A stretch of 64,000 bases of DNA from the NCBI GenBank assembly GCA_965153285.1, contig OZ229111.1; one strand, 5' to 3'. The notes beneath the pieces are model-generated. The model was given only the letters and a program-made list of their open reading frames with translations. It did no database searches and was not told the origin of the DNA. Shown piece after piece: positions 26,601-39,310 of this stretch (position 1 is the stretch's first letter; every line of letters begins with the position of its first letter). The DNA is from Podarcis tiliguerta. Taxonomy: Eukaryota. The position numbers and the translations under genes were made by a program.

Positions 26601-29600
26601 ATAGCCTTCCAGGTAACCTTTGCTTCCTCCAAAGGCTGAGCAACAAAGGAGCTTGGCTCCATTTCCGCATCCTGCCATGCAGATTGGTCTGCCTGCTCCA
26701 GGCTCTGTCGGCTGGCCCAGCACCTTCCCCACTGACTGACTCAGCAGGAACCAGGATGTTGGGAGAGTCCTGCACATTATGCAAAAAGCTAATATTATTG
26801 CTGTTTAGTTCCTGTAATAAAAGAATAGTTCATCATTTTATACACTCGATTCCCGTGATGATCTTTGGAGGGGTGGAGGATGTCTGAAGAGGTTCTTTGA
26901 AGTGCCTCGCCAGAGTAATTGAGAAAGGAAATCAAGGAGGCAGGAGGAGTGGGGAGAGAACAGTGTGGGGTATGAGTTTATACCTGGCCTGATGTAGTAT
27001 CAGCAATTTGGAAGAAAGAAACCATTCTCCTGTTGCCTCTCCTCCATTAAATACCTGCTGCTTCAGGGGGAAAAGATTGTTTGCTGTATATGAAGAGAAG
27101 GTGTTCTTTCTTCTTTTCTTTTCTTTTCCTTTTGTCTTTAGCATAAGGTTGATTTTGGATTCCAGGTTACAACTGCCTGCCAGCTCGCATTTTGTAGTGG
27201 AATTATCCACTCATGATGAACTTTTAAAGAATTCCTTCCCCACAGTGACACCTTCACATGCCAGCTTTACACTGTTCTTGCAAAAGGTCGAGAGTGACTG
27301 ACAGGCCGTCATTGCGGGATGCATATTTTCCACTGAACTTCCTGAGGAAAAGATAAACAGAGCTGAAAAGTAAAAGGCAGGTCTTTTAGGAATGAGCGGA
27401 GCCTGATGAAACGTACCCTGCTGATGTCCTCCTGCCTGCAGAAGTATCTCACCAATGCTGGAAGGAAAATAAATTTGTCGGGAGAACACAGCCCCCTTTG
27501 CTGCCCTTCCTTCTGAGTGCTGCTGTTTCCGCCATAGTTTCTTGTGGTGCTGACATGAATATTCGGGGTTAATGGTGGCTGTAGTCAAATCCAAATAAGC
27601 ACATACACACAGTCAGTGGGGATTCTTCCTTTCTTCAAAGTTAGGCACATCTCTTTGTGTCCGAGAGCCAATTCAAATGTTCATGCAAATGCCTGATGCA
27701 GAACTCCTTCATGAGAATGCAGATGGGGTGGGGGGGTGGGGGGGGGAGAGTTAGGAAACAAGCAGTACCAGCACAAGAGGTAACTGTGCCATGTTACCCC
27801 AGTAAAGCCTGAATTGCCTCCAATTCCCCATGCCTGCTTCTAATCAAGATAGACTGGCATTCCTAGGTGATTGCAGCTGGCTCTGGCTCAGCACCTCCCT
27901 GTTCTGGAATGCCCCCTTTGGGAGCCTTGGTTGACACTGGAGTGTGTAGGGATCCTGCTGGCAGCACCTGCACCCTCCCACATCTTTGGCAGGTAAAACA
28001 GGTGGCTCTCTGGTGTCCCTCCAAAGGTGAAAGCTGGCGGGGCTGGACAAAGGAGCACCTCCATCCAGTTCACACACAAGTACACAGCTCGCGACAAAGG
28101 GGGTTTGCATTGCACCCTTAGCCAAGAAGGCATCAGGGCAAGGTTCTCAATAAGCTGTCAGTAAGAGTCGGACACAACTAAACAACAACAACAAAGTCTA
28201 ATGAAATTCAACAGCCAGGCTTGGGCACCTTACCACCTGCGCCACCAATGCACAGTTTTCGCTGCGAACCTGGCAGAGTGAGCACTGTGCTTCAAAGGTA
28301 GTCTCTAAGCTGCAGCACCAGCTGATTCCAAGGGCCAATCCCTGTCCACCAAGCCCTAGCTTTGGAGCTGGCACCTATGTTTTGAGTAACCCGTCTCTAG
28401 CATGAGGACACTTTCTAAGTGCTGTTAAAATTTCCGAGGGGGGAGGTTGGAAGGAGGGAGCTTTCTCCCACCCCAGCCTCCAAAATTTCTCTCTTCCTTC
28501 AGGCCCTTACAACCCTGCCCTTGCTCCCTCTCCTGTTTTCTGCTGTGGAAATAGACACCTTTTTTATTTGGGCTTCACTTGCTTTGGAGTGACAGGCAGC
28601 TCCTGCAGGTCCCAGGATCCCGTATACTGGAACTTGGACCTTGCCAAGTCCTGACACTTTCAGACTCATAGCATGCATTGTCTTTATCAAGCTGTTGTTC
28701 TAGAAAGGAAGGAAGGAAAGAACTTTGTTTTTGAAACATGTTCCTTCTTTCTTTCTTTTCAGCAACTCTTGATAACCTCAGGTACAGAGAAGCGATACAA
28801 TGCTCCATTATGTTGGAAGGAATGCTAAAGAAAATCATAACATTGAAATTGTCAAGAGCAAAATGCTGCATGACTGTCTTTCAGTTAACATTCGGAGTCC
28901 TGCAGCCTCAGACCTGATTTTTGCAAAGTTTAAACGTATTGGCTGTGACAGGTCAGAATCAAAGAACTGTAAAATAGCTGCATAGCAAATTCAGCTTGGG
29001 AAATTAGGAATAGCAGCAAAACGTTTGTTATTCAAAACATCTGGTTGTTAAAATCCACTGGCTCACCCTCCCCTGAACCATTTAGCTATAATCTGAACTC
29101 AACAGCGTTCTTTTTTATCTACTCTTTGGATTTCCAGGAATGATTCCAGTGTTCATCATACTCAGATATCTGCAACTGTGCAGTTTAGGGAACTGCTTAA
29201 TTTTAGTACATAAAAAGTGGGGTGCAAGATTACATGGCCCTGTGTACTGTCATGTTCCAAATGAATCATCCTGAAATTAACCACTAGGAAAACTGGCACC
29301 CTCAGCCGGTTTTCCTAGCGATTACCATTGATGTCAAATAGCTTTCGGACCACTGCAGCACCTCTGCTTGAGTCGTCAGAGGTGATTTGCTAAACCATGC
29401 CTTAAACTGTACAGGCACTTTGCTGGTTCTACCTCATTGCAGCATAGAGTCAATTCTAGACCTCAAGGATTAATCTGCAAGATGTGGTGGGGTATGGCAA
29501 AGTGCATGGAGAAGCACATTTTAAAACAGAGGGTTAGGTTCCATTATCATCTGCTAACTTCCAGTTCTAAGATTGTAATCGCACCAAGGGTTGTATTCAC

Positions 29601-31102
29601 CATATTGCTAAGGGGATCCTTTCATCAGCGGAAGCATTTCTGCTTGTCCGACAGAGCAGCCTCCCCTCTCCTTCTCCCCACATTCTGTTCTGGCTGTTTC
29701 CCTGACCCTGTGGAGCAAATTTGGGGAGGGCACAGGGGGAAGAAAGAGGGGAAGTCCCGTTGCACTAGGGGTAATCCCTGCACTGGCTTCCACTAGCGCA
29801 GCAAGTTAATTGACTGTGAGCCCAAGCTTTTCACAGATGCAGGATGTATGAGAGTTTTCCCCATAGGCTCTGTCAGCTCATGCTCCACCCTCTATTGAGT
29901 TCTTTCTTCATTGGACACTCAAATTCACCAATTCCATCATTCATTGCTATGGAGCCCAAGCCAAAGTAAGGCCAGTTTCTACTACAACCTTTACAGCGTG
30001 ATTGTGACCGGGAAGGCAAATCACGTGGGAAGCTGCTTCTGTGATAAACCTGTGTGCTTCAGGCTGATTGTAAACATACCAGTAAAACCCAGTAAGATAG
30101 TGTGGACAACCCAGCTGAAGTTAAGCAATTTTAAAGCCCCACTGATTGAAGGGGCAGAGTTTTGAGCATGTGCATATAATTCTTTCATTGAAATCAAGAT
30201 TTTACAATACCTGCCTGTGGTTGGATCGTCTCCACTGATTCCAACTGAGTGCTTCAGTTGCCTGTGATTTTTATTGCTAAAAGATAACTTTGTCACCAAG
30301 TGCAAAATATCTTATAGATATAGATATAAACTGGGAGGAAAAGGTGGATGTAAGTTGTTGGGTTTTTCCATATCAAATTTAGTACAGAGAAGAGGGGAAT
30401 AGCTATGCATGTGCAGTCTGTGTGAAGTTTGTACCCTTCAGCTTCAGACCCAGCAGCTAATGGAGGGGCAAATTTTAATCTGAGATCAAAGCTGTACAGT
30501 ATGGTCCTACGCGTATTTACCGTACTTAGAACTGAATCCCATTGAGTTCAGTGGGGCTTAGCCCTTGCAAGTGTGCTAGTTGATCAATTCTCTCATTAAA
30601 CTTACAGCCTTCCTTTAGTGTGCCATTTGTATTGGTTGAAACATTTCTAAGGCTGCAATCCTAGGCATACCTTCCTGAGAGTAAGTCTTACTGAACTCAA
30701 TGGGACTTGCTTCCAAGGAAACCTCCGTAGAATTGGGATGCAAAGTAGGCCAGAAACAACAAAGATGGGAAATGTCTGCAAGAAAATCAGGGAATCCTCA
30801 CTGACATCTGTTATTTTAAGATAGGGATTTGTAGTTTATTTTTTTCTTTTAAGAACAATGTGCATCAGCTATAAGTCAGACAGCAAAATCCTTCCAACAT
30901 AAACCCTTTTCGGAAGCAGAAATATAGCTAGAGATAAGATCTTCAGCTCTTGCAGAAATAAAGCTCACCTCCAAATCAAATCATATCTCAACAAACCTAG
31001 GTGAATGCTGTTAAAAAATAAAACCTTTAATGGTGGAAATTATATTCATGGCTGGGTTACACTGTTAAAGGCTTCTCAGAACTTTCCTTGCCTGCTTTCA
31101 CA

Positions 31103-31171
31103 GGGAGGGAGGGAGGGAGGGAGGGAGGGAGGGAGGGAGGGAGGGAGGGAAGAAAGAAAGAAAGAAAGAAA
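31103..31171. repeat. (GGGA)12 followed by (AGAA)n
   Basis: Directly visible; polypurine tract able to form G-quadruplex/triplex. Confidence 0.95.
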
Positions 31172-31406
31172 ACCGTAGCAGAGGGATTACATATGGATGC
31201 TATATGATGATGTACAAATGGAAGTGTGTTATTACATTTTGGATTCTAATAAACTCTATGTGGGTTCTGTCCAATTAAAGGATGCTCAGAATAGACAAAT
31301 TCAAGTTGGTGGGTGAAAGTCAGTCATGTCCATGATCTGCTCTGAGTAGGACTAGCGTTGGATACAATCCTATGTATCTTAGGGTTCATAGATTGTTTTT
31401 GCAATA

Positions 31407-31647
31407 CAGTGGTACCTCAGTTTACGAACTTAATCCGTTCCGGAAGTCTGTTCTTAAACGGAAACTGTTCTTAAACCGAGACGCGCTTTCCCTAATGAGG
31501 CCTCCCTCCGCCGCTGCCCTTCCACCGTTTGGATTCTGTTCTTAGACCGAAGTAAAGTTCGCAAACCGGGACCCTACTTCCGATTTTGCAGAGTTTGTAA
31601 ACCAAATAGTTTATAAACAGGGCTGTTCTTAAACCGAGATACCACTG
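31407..31647. mobile_element. Tc1/mariner-pogo (Tigger-like) MITE
   Basis: TIRs CAGTGGTACCTCAGTTTA / TAAACCGAGATACCACTG with TA on both sides. Confidence 0.88.
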
Positions 31648-31753
31648 TATAGCGATATATTCAGCCTCAGTGGTTTCATCTGCATGGTGTTTCCTGTGCT
31701 TTAATGTGATGTGATTTGAGTTGTTCTCCTGTAGGAGGCATTTTGATTGGGTA

Positions 31754-31758
<5 letters not shown>

Positions 31759-31795
<37 letters not shown>
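31759..31795. repeat. (CT)n microsatellite forming the polypyrimidine tract of exon 3
   Basis: Directly visible, ends 23 nt before the exon 3 start. Confidence 0.95.
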
Positions 31796-31798
<3 letters not shown>

Positions 31799-31818
31799 CT
31801 TCTGACTCCTCCCACCAG

Positions 31819-32031
31819 ATTATTGACAGCGAGAATGAAGCGCTGCTGGCGGCTCTCACCGAGACACTGGATGACATCCAGGGAGACGACATGGGCCTGG
31901 CCGCCTTCAGACCTATGGACGAGGGGGACATGCCCAACAGCGGCTGCACGTCACTCACCCCCTCTCCCAAACCTGCCGCCCCTCTCCCGAGGGGGCCTCC
32001 TCTGGCCCCAGAGGTTGATGAGCTGTCTCTA
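31819..32031 (+). CDS. PPARGC1B: PGC-1beta exon 3 ([20 protein letters not shown]...EVDELSL)
   Basis: ccaccag|ATT acceptor after a (CT)n tract, CTA|gtaaga donor, 213 nt. Confidence 0.96.
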
Positions 32032-34812
32032 GTAAGAACCCACTTCCTACTGTTTAAGGTGGATTTGGATGCGCCTCTGATAAGCCGGCTGCATGGGTAT
32101 GATAGGAAGCAAAGGTCTGAATTTTTTCATTATAGGCTTACAATTATAACAATACAAAAAGCATATACCTGTTATTGTATACGTATACATGTGCTGCACC
32201 ATTGCTCTCACTCCATTGCCATCCTCGTGGGGGAAAGGGTGTGACTGTTGTGGGGAGGGGGAGTCGAGTGCGGGTCAGGCGTGTGAATGGCATCAGATGC
32301 ATTCCAGAGCTGCAATCATCTTTAAACAAGCCCCACTCCAGTGGTGCCTCATTGTCTGCTGTTTCTTTCTCTTTTTTGATATATCTCATTTCCCAACATC
32401 CCCCCCCCCCGTTCCTCCTCGCCCACTCCCACCCTCCACTCTCTGTGCCGCCAAGTCTCCAAGTGCCGATCCCTCGCATGATCAGAGGCGTGAGAAAAGC
32501 TCCCTCCCTGCTAGGAGGTTGGCTAGTGTCGCTGATCTGCTGTATCCCCCTATGGTCAGGGCTGAATGTATCTGCACCACCTTGCTGAAGCTTAGGCAGG
32601 TCTGGGTCTTGTCAGGGCCTGGGGGTGGGGACACACACAAAGACAACACTCCATGGCTGGGTCGCCCTGTGTTCCTTAATAGAAGAACACGAGAAAATAA
32701 GCAAATAAATTAGTATTTAAAAAACAAGAAACAGTATTGTGCACCATGGTATCCTGAATAAACTTATGGAAAAGAAATCTCTGCATGTATAGCAAATTGA
32801 AAGCTTAGCCCAGGTTTTCCAAATAAATAACTGAAAATCTGGAGTCTGTGACCACTATGCATTATGCAAATCAACCAGACTGCGTATTTTTCCTTTGGTG
32901 TAATTTTATTCTGCTTTGGCTAGTCTTAGGAACTAGGACTACCACCACCCCTACCCAGCCAACAACCAGAAGTTTAGTTACTTCCCACACTTTTAAGATT
33001 TCATCTGGTATTGCCCACACACTTTCAAGAACCTGAAGCTTGCCTTTACACTGAAGAGGTTCTCTGGAAAGCCAAATTCTGTGCCTAGAACAATATTCCA
33101 GCCCCTGCCCTGCTCTCTGCTCCCTTGAGGATACACAGAAGTGAAGAATGCACAAGGCCCTTTCTGTGACTCCTGGATTTGGGGGGCTTGGTAAAGCTGG
33201 AAGTCCTAGCTATTCTGAGTTCCCTGTGGTTTCTATCAGAGATCCCTTCTTAGCAAACTTGCAAGGAGTGGTGGAAGGAGAAGAGGGCACTGTGGATGGC
33301 GTCTTCACGGAGAACGTCACATTTTCAGAACCTGTTTTCACTTAGCACATGCCCAGAGCTGGAGGCTACAGAGCCTTCGACCCTCCACCCTTCTGTTACT
33401 TGGCCATGCTCTAAATCATCCTACAAGAGTGTTGGTTTTAGAGGACTCCATATGTTCCCACAGGCTCCTGCCTGTCATTCTCTATTCCCCCTCCTCCCCC
33501 TTCCCTTCCTTATCTGTCATTAATTAATGTCATGATTTCTAAAAGTGTTCTGGCGGCATCTAGTGGTGAAATGTATGGCATTTTCACTTCACACAAAAGT
33601 GTGCATGTGTGTGGGTGTATAATATTTATATATTTATAGATATATATATATATATCACACAAATCCATATGTGTATATATAGGATGTATACGTTGCAGGG
33701 GAGAAGGAAATAAACTTTTCATTTATATATATTAGATATATATATTATATCACACAGTTAGCAGAAATTTTCACTTAATATTGTGATGGAGAAAGCAGGC
33801 ATTTGACCGTGGGAACTGACTGATTGAATCTCCATCGTACGCTTAATTGTTAAAGAGCTTTTTTGAGTTTCCAGACTGCCTTTGAAGATTTCCCCCGACT
33901 GCCACGTTCCCACAAGAGTCAAATCTGGCATTAATGTTAACGGATTCCATGTTGCCTTCAGTGTGAGAGTGTGGAATGTGAAACCTCGCCTCCCCACTTT
34001 TTAAAAAAACCAAAACTGAAATATTCTAACCATGTAATCAGGAACATTTGGGTCATGATACCAGATACCCCAAGATAATTTTTCAGTCTGCTTTTTTGCC
34101 CACAACTTCCTTAATGGGATTAAAATAGCACTTGTCCCAAAGTTCATAGTTATATATTTTTTTATTTTTTTAAAAAAAGAACTTTGTAAATACTTGGCAT
34201 TTGGACAGAACGTGCATCTTCAAAAGACTTGGCGAGCTGATGAATCAATCAATCAATCAATCAATCAATTGAAGGCCATGTTGGAATGTTACATCCCACT
34301 GATTGATTTTCAGGCGCTGATGCACTTGCTTCCTTGACACATATTGGATGCCCGTAAAAAATATATCACAAGTTAGGGTTTAAAGGGTGGGTGGGAATTA
34401 ACCTCACTATCTAGAACAACACCCATTATTCTTCAAACTGCAAAGAGCTATCTCTCTCCCCCTCCAACTTTTCACTTAAAGGAGCCTGGGGTGGAGGTGC
34501 CTGAATCTCTGCTGCCAATATTCTTAAAGCACCATGAAGGCAGCATGCTTGCAGAATCCCGGACCTGCCAGTTTTTAAGGTTAGGCAGGATAATTTTCAT
34601 ACACACACACACACACGTCTTCCTCTGTACCTAGGGGGTTTCTGCCATCGAGCGACACTTAACTCCACACATGGTGTCCTACCGTTTAATTATGGCAACA
34701 GAATGTTCATTTTGCACAATCAGACTTGATTTGATTATTCAGTGCCAAGACAGGTCTGGTTCTCCTTAGAGGAGGCGACAGAGGTAGCAGCAGTTGGCAG
34801 AGCAGCACCGCA

Positions 34813-34974
34813 CAACTGACTTCCTGACACTGAGCTAAGATGGAGAGGGGCGGGGCAGGGCAGGGAGAGCTCAGCATGGTGTAGACATGGTGGGTGGAGC
34901 ATCAGATTGGCTCCCTCCACTGCACCCACACCAGACTCAGCTCTCTGTGCCCCCCTCCCTCCCTCATGGTAAGC
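34813..34974 (+). promoter_or_regulatory. Candidate internal promoter and mini first exon (ATG|gtaagc) in PPARGC1B intron 3
   Basis: ETS ACTTCCTG, GC box GGGGCGGGGC (34847-34856), ATTGG (34906-34910), ATG 34966-34968 directly followed by the donor GTAAGC. Confidence 0.4.
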
Positions 34975-35752
34975 AGCAGTGACATTAGGCACTGCCTGTG
35001 CAACCCTGCCAACCACAGCTGATAGTAAGTGGCACACACCTTGGTTTCCCTGGAAGGAACTCCAGAGTTGTTAAGGAGGAGTATCCAGAGAAGGATTGTG
35101 AAATGTTTTGTATAACATGCGATGAGTATTGTTGATAAGCCATTGTCCCTCCCCTGTGCAGTAACTTTTGATACCTGCAGCCAAAGAGCTCTCCAGAAAG
35201 ATGTTTGGTTTTTTGCAAAAATGATTTGTTTTTTGTGCGGCTCTTTCAGGAATTCTTCATATGCTATATAATTGCTACATGAACAGCACCGCCATGTAGG
35301 AAAATGGCACAAAACCTGCAGGCAGATCCTCATGTGGTCATGCGTGCAGGCTTTTTCGCTGCACTTAGCTATGAATGAATTTTTGTCATCCCCTTGATGA
35401 GCTTTAACAACAAGGCAGTGAGCCTCCATGGAGCTGGGTCTTGGTAAGTATCCAATGCTAGCTGGAACTGCAAGCCAGACCCAACTCAGGAGGCAATAAA
35501 TTTGGAAACGGTCTTTTCCAAGCCCCTGTTTGCTTTCAGTTTCAGCGTGTGTTGGAGCCTCCCCATGACCCTGATTCATGTGACTCTTCGGACATCTGTG
35601 GCTGCCAAAACTCATGTTGTGGGGGTGGGAGGGCTGGATCTCCACTCCTGCTTAGAGGAGAGCAGGAGGGTTGACCTGGGATAATTTAAGCAGACGTGGC
35701 TGTTCATTTACGTAGGAATTCCGACTCTTTCTTTCACCGCTTCCCTTTCCAG

Positions 35753-35869
35753 CTGAAGAAGTTGCTCCTTTCTCCATCCAATGTGCCTCCAAGCTATGAG
35801 GTTCAGAGAGAGGGGAGCACATGGCGTCAAGGAACTCCCAAATCCAGACCCCAGCGACCCTGTACAAAG
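35753..35869 (+). CDS. PPARGC1B: PGC-1beta exon 4 (LKKLL nuclear-receptor box ... RPQRPCTK)
   Basis: ttccag|CTG acceptor, AAG|gtattg donor, 117 nt, LxxLL motif. Confidence 0.95.
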
Positions 35870-38614
35870 GTATTGTTTGCCTTAGCAACCCTAACCTTTG
35901 CCCTAAGATAGCACACCGCACTATATTTACCCATGATTAAATCCAAGTTTTACATTACAGCTCACCTCCCATTTTAAACAGAAGAAGTATGGTCAGGAGG
36001 GCCTAGTAAGGACTGGCACACTCCCATCAGTATTGTTAGAAGTGTTTTGTAAATTTTTATTTATTTGTTAAATGACTTCTGTCTTGCCTCTCCTTAAAAC
36101 ACTTGAGGTTGCTTGCAGTAATGGCTTAATTTCACCAATAAAACCAGAAAGTGGGATTTACTTCCAGATGAGTATATATAGGACTGCAGCCTTAAACAGC
36201 TCACAACCTTTCCTGAATAAGCCTGGGGTTTGTTGTGTGCCAGGATGTGAGCAGTGAGGTAGACAAGCACGCCTTTTGTGCAACCACGATGCCACAGTCA
36301 AAAAGGCCCTCTTGTGCATGTTTGGCCACAGTGCTTCAAGCACATCAGAGCCTCCATCGATCACTTAACTGAGATGCATTCAGAAGTTGGGGCTTGAAAG
36401 CCCATGACATGCTGCCCAAAGTGAGGGTGGTATTGATTTCACATTGGATGCATGTGGAACTTAGGCTGAGATGGCCGTGCCCTATGTGTGTCATCTGAGC
36501 AGTTTGAACTAATGGCAGCTGTTGGGGCAGTGGCACCAGAGGGCCAGCAGGTGACTCAGTTGCATCTTGCACTACCTGGAGCATCCAAGTGAGCCATTGG
36601 AGTAGCCCTACTTAGGGTTCATGATGGGACCCTGGCCTAGCTAAGCAAGACCTTTGCTTACTACTTTAAGCAAAAACAATGCATCCTGGTCATGTTGACT
36701 TAAATCTGGTTTTTTAATGTCACTGTTGTCCTTTAAAATTGAGGTGGTACCCTGGATCTTCAAATCTTTATTATTTAGCCAAAGGTCATCCATTGACAGG
36801 CCATCGTGCATTTTTATGCAGTCCCTTGTGAACATACCAAATGTTAATCAAGGGGTGGTTTAAAAAAACTTGCCCTAATCTCACTCATAGAGAGTTTATT
36901 TTTCTTTCTAAATTTATCAGGAGGCAAGGGATTTTTTTAAAAAAACTTTTCGTTATTTATATCTCTCTGTGGGGATTTGAAGAAAGCAGCTAGGGCAGCT
37001 AGATGCAAAAGAAATCTGGGCTCCTGTGCCCTTTAATGGTGGTGTTGGAGAGGGAATTTCATCCAGTGTAGCTTGTCATGCACATTTATGGATGTTGCAG
37101 GAGCCCTGTCCTCTCGCATCGGGCCACTCTAGTAGTCCCCTAGCTACGGTGCCCAGGCAGACATGCTCCATAAATGTGAGACCAATACTGACAGGTGGAA
37201 TCCACTGTATTGTACGGTTTGTCTACCCTTGAGGAATTTGGGTTGCATAGCAGGAATAAAGAGCCATGAATACAGAAGCTGGCCATACCTGGGTTAATGG
37301 AGAGATGAGAGAGAAAAAACAGGACACTGGTAGTGATATCAGAGTGAGGCTTCTCAAAACAAGAAGGCTTTCATCTGTGTGCCCTTTGGAGTGCGGTATA
37401 CAAAGAGCCTCTTTATTTTCCCCAGATTCCCTTCGTCTTTAAATTTTGTCATGATGATCTTTCCCCTCTTCTCTCTCACTCTCATCCTTGACCCCAAATT
37501 AGAATGGAGCTTCCCAGCAGCTGACTGAATTGACTTTAGCTGGGCAAAGAGCTACACGTAAAGTTGCAGAACCAGTCCAGTCATTTAAACTAATCCCCTG
37601 AAATCCACACAAGATGCCATTAAAGATTTTCCACTTGGGTGATGGAAATTGTGCAGTGCATTAGGCAAGTGGATTTAGATTGCATGGGAAAGGCAGGGCT
37701 AAGTGGGGAGGGGGGGTGGAGAAAGAGAGAGACAGTGACCCTTCCATGCCAACTGGAAGAAAGGGGAGGCAAATCAATACTATTTGCCACATACAGCAGC
37801 TAGAAAGAAATTTGATGCAAGGGGTGTGAAGAATCCCTTTGATCTCTCTTGCTCTGTGCAGTTCTTGAAAGGAGCTGTTGAAAGTGTACATACATCCTCC
37901 CCTTTCTCATCTCTCCTGCCCAGTTCTTTAAACCCTGCATTAGCTTCCAGCAGCTTCCCCAAATCTTCATTTGATTTCTCATACCCAGGGCATTCACTAA
38001 GGAACAAGGCTCTGCATCTCAACAGGTTATATCCCTCCTATTCTTCTGTTATATTTACACATACACAAACATAGGAGGATAAGGATGGAATCAGTTTAAA
38101 CTTCCACCCAGCTTTTACTGTTTCTCTTCTAGTTGTGCACAGATGACTCTTATATATGATTCTTAAAGAACGGGCATGTCCTCCCATTACTTAGCTTGTG
38201 TACATATGCCATAGGCTTTGTGCTGAGAGATAGCAGAGCTCCATGCAAAGGTAGATAAGTTTCATCATCCATTTTCTTCTCTGATTCAGGCAGGGCAAGG
38301 GCCTCCTTGACCATGGTGGTAAGGAATGCTCCCCTCATTATTAGTGGTGTCAAAGGCATCATCTGATAAATGCCCACAGTATTTGCTCAGTCAGTGTAAC
38401 AGGAATTGAAACACAGGGCAGAGTGAGGCTTGCATTAAGCAGCAACCTTTACTGGAAAGTAGTATTGCTGCTTGCTACCAAAAAACTGGCTGTTGAGGAA
38501 GAAGAAGAAGAAGAAGATGACAAATACAGTTTAGTGGTTTGGATGCAAGGCCCTTCATTTACTACCTTAGAATATGACACGAAAAAGCCAGATCCTGCAA
38601 GTTCTCTGAAAGTA

Positions 38615-38973
38615 AGGTAAAGGTAAAGGTACCCCTGCCCGTACGGGCCAGTCTTGCCAGACTCTAGGGTTGTGCGCCCATCTCACTCAAAGAGGCCAAG
38701 GGCCAGCGCTGTCCGAAGACACTTCCGGGTCACGTGGCCAGCATGACATCGCTGCTCTGGCGAGCCAGAGCCGCACACGGAAACGCCGTTTACCTTCCCG
38801 CTAGTAAGCGGTCCCTATTTATCTACTTGCACCCAGGGGTGCTTTCGAACTGCTAGGTTGGCAGGCGCTGGGACCAAACAGCGGGAGCGCACCCCGCCGC
38901 GGGGATTCGAACCGCCGACCTTTCAATCGGCAAGCCCTAGGCACTGAGGCTTTAACCCACAGCGCCACCCACG
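38615..38973 (-). mobile_element. Full-length Sauria SINE (Squam1-type) with target-site duplication
   Basis: (ACCTTT)n tail seen as aaggtaaaggtaaaggt; tRNA-like head with B-box (ggattcgaacc); CpG-rich; flanked by TCTCTGAAAGTA at 38603-38614 and 38974-38985. Confidence 0.9.
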
Positions 38974-39310
38974 TCTCTGAAAGTAGATGAGAACAAATAA
39001 GTTACACAAAGGGTACAAGTAGTTGCTTTATAAAATTACATCAGACAGATCCTATAGGCATTAATGAAATGTAACTGATAAATTACCAGGGTAACCACAG
39101 AAGAGGCTGAATAGTTCTTCATATACAGTAGATTATAGATTTCCATAAAATCTTCGGGGGTGTAAACATTTCTACAGAAATCTGCTGCAGTTGCTTACTG
39201 TAACCACCAAACAAGGAATGTGATGAGGGGATGAGGACCCTGTATATGGTGTGGCTGGGAAGAAACTCATTCTTGGTTAGCCTAACTTCCTTTTCCCTCT
39301 GCTCTTGAAG

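Noticed and set aside
34902-35645. 247-aa minus-strand ORF in intron 3
   Set aside because: Non-ATG start, random-looking composition, no domain or splice support
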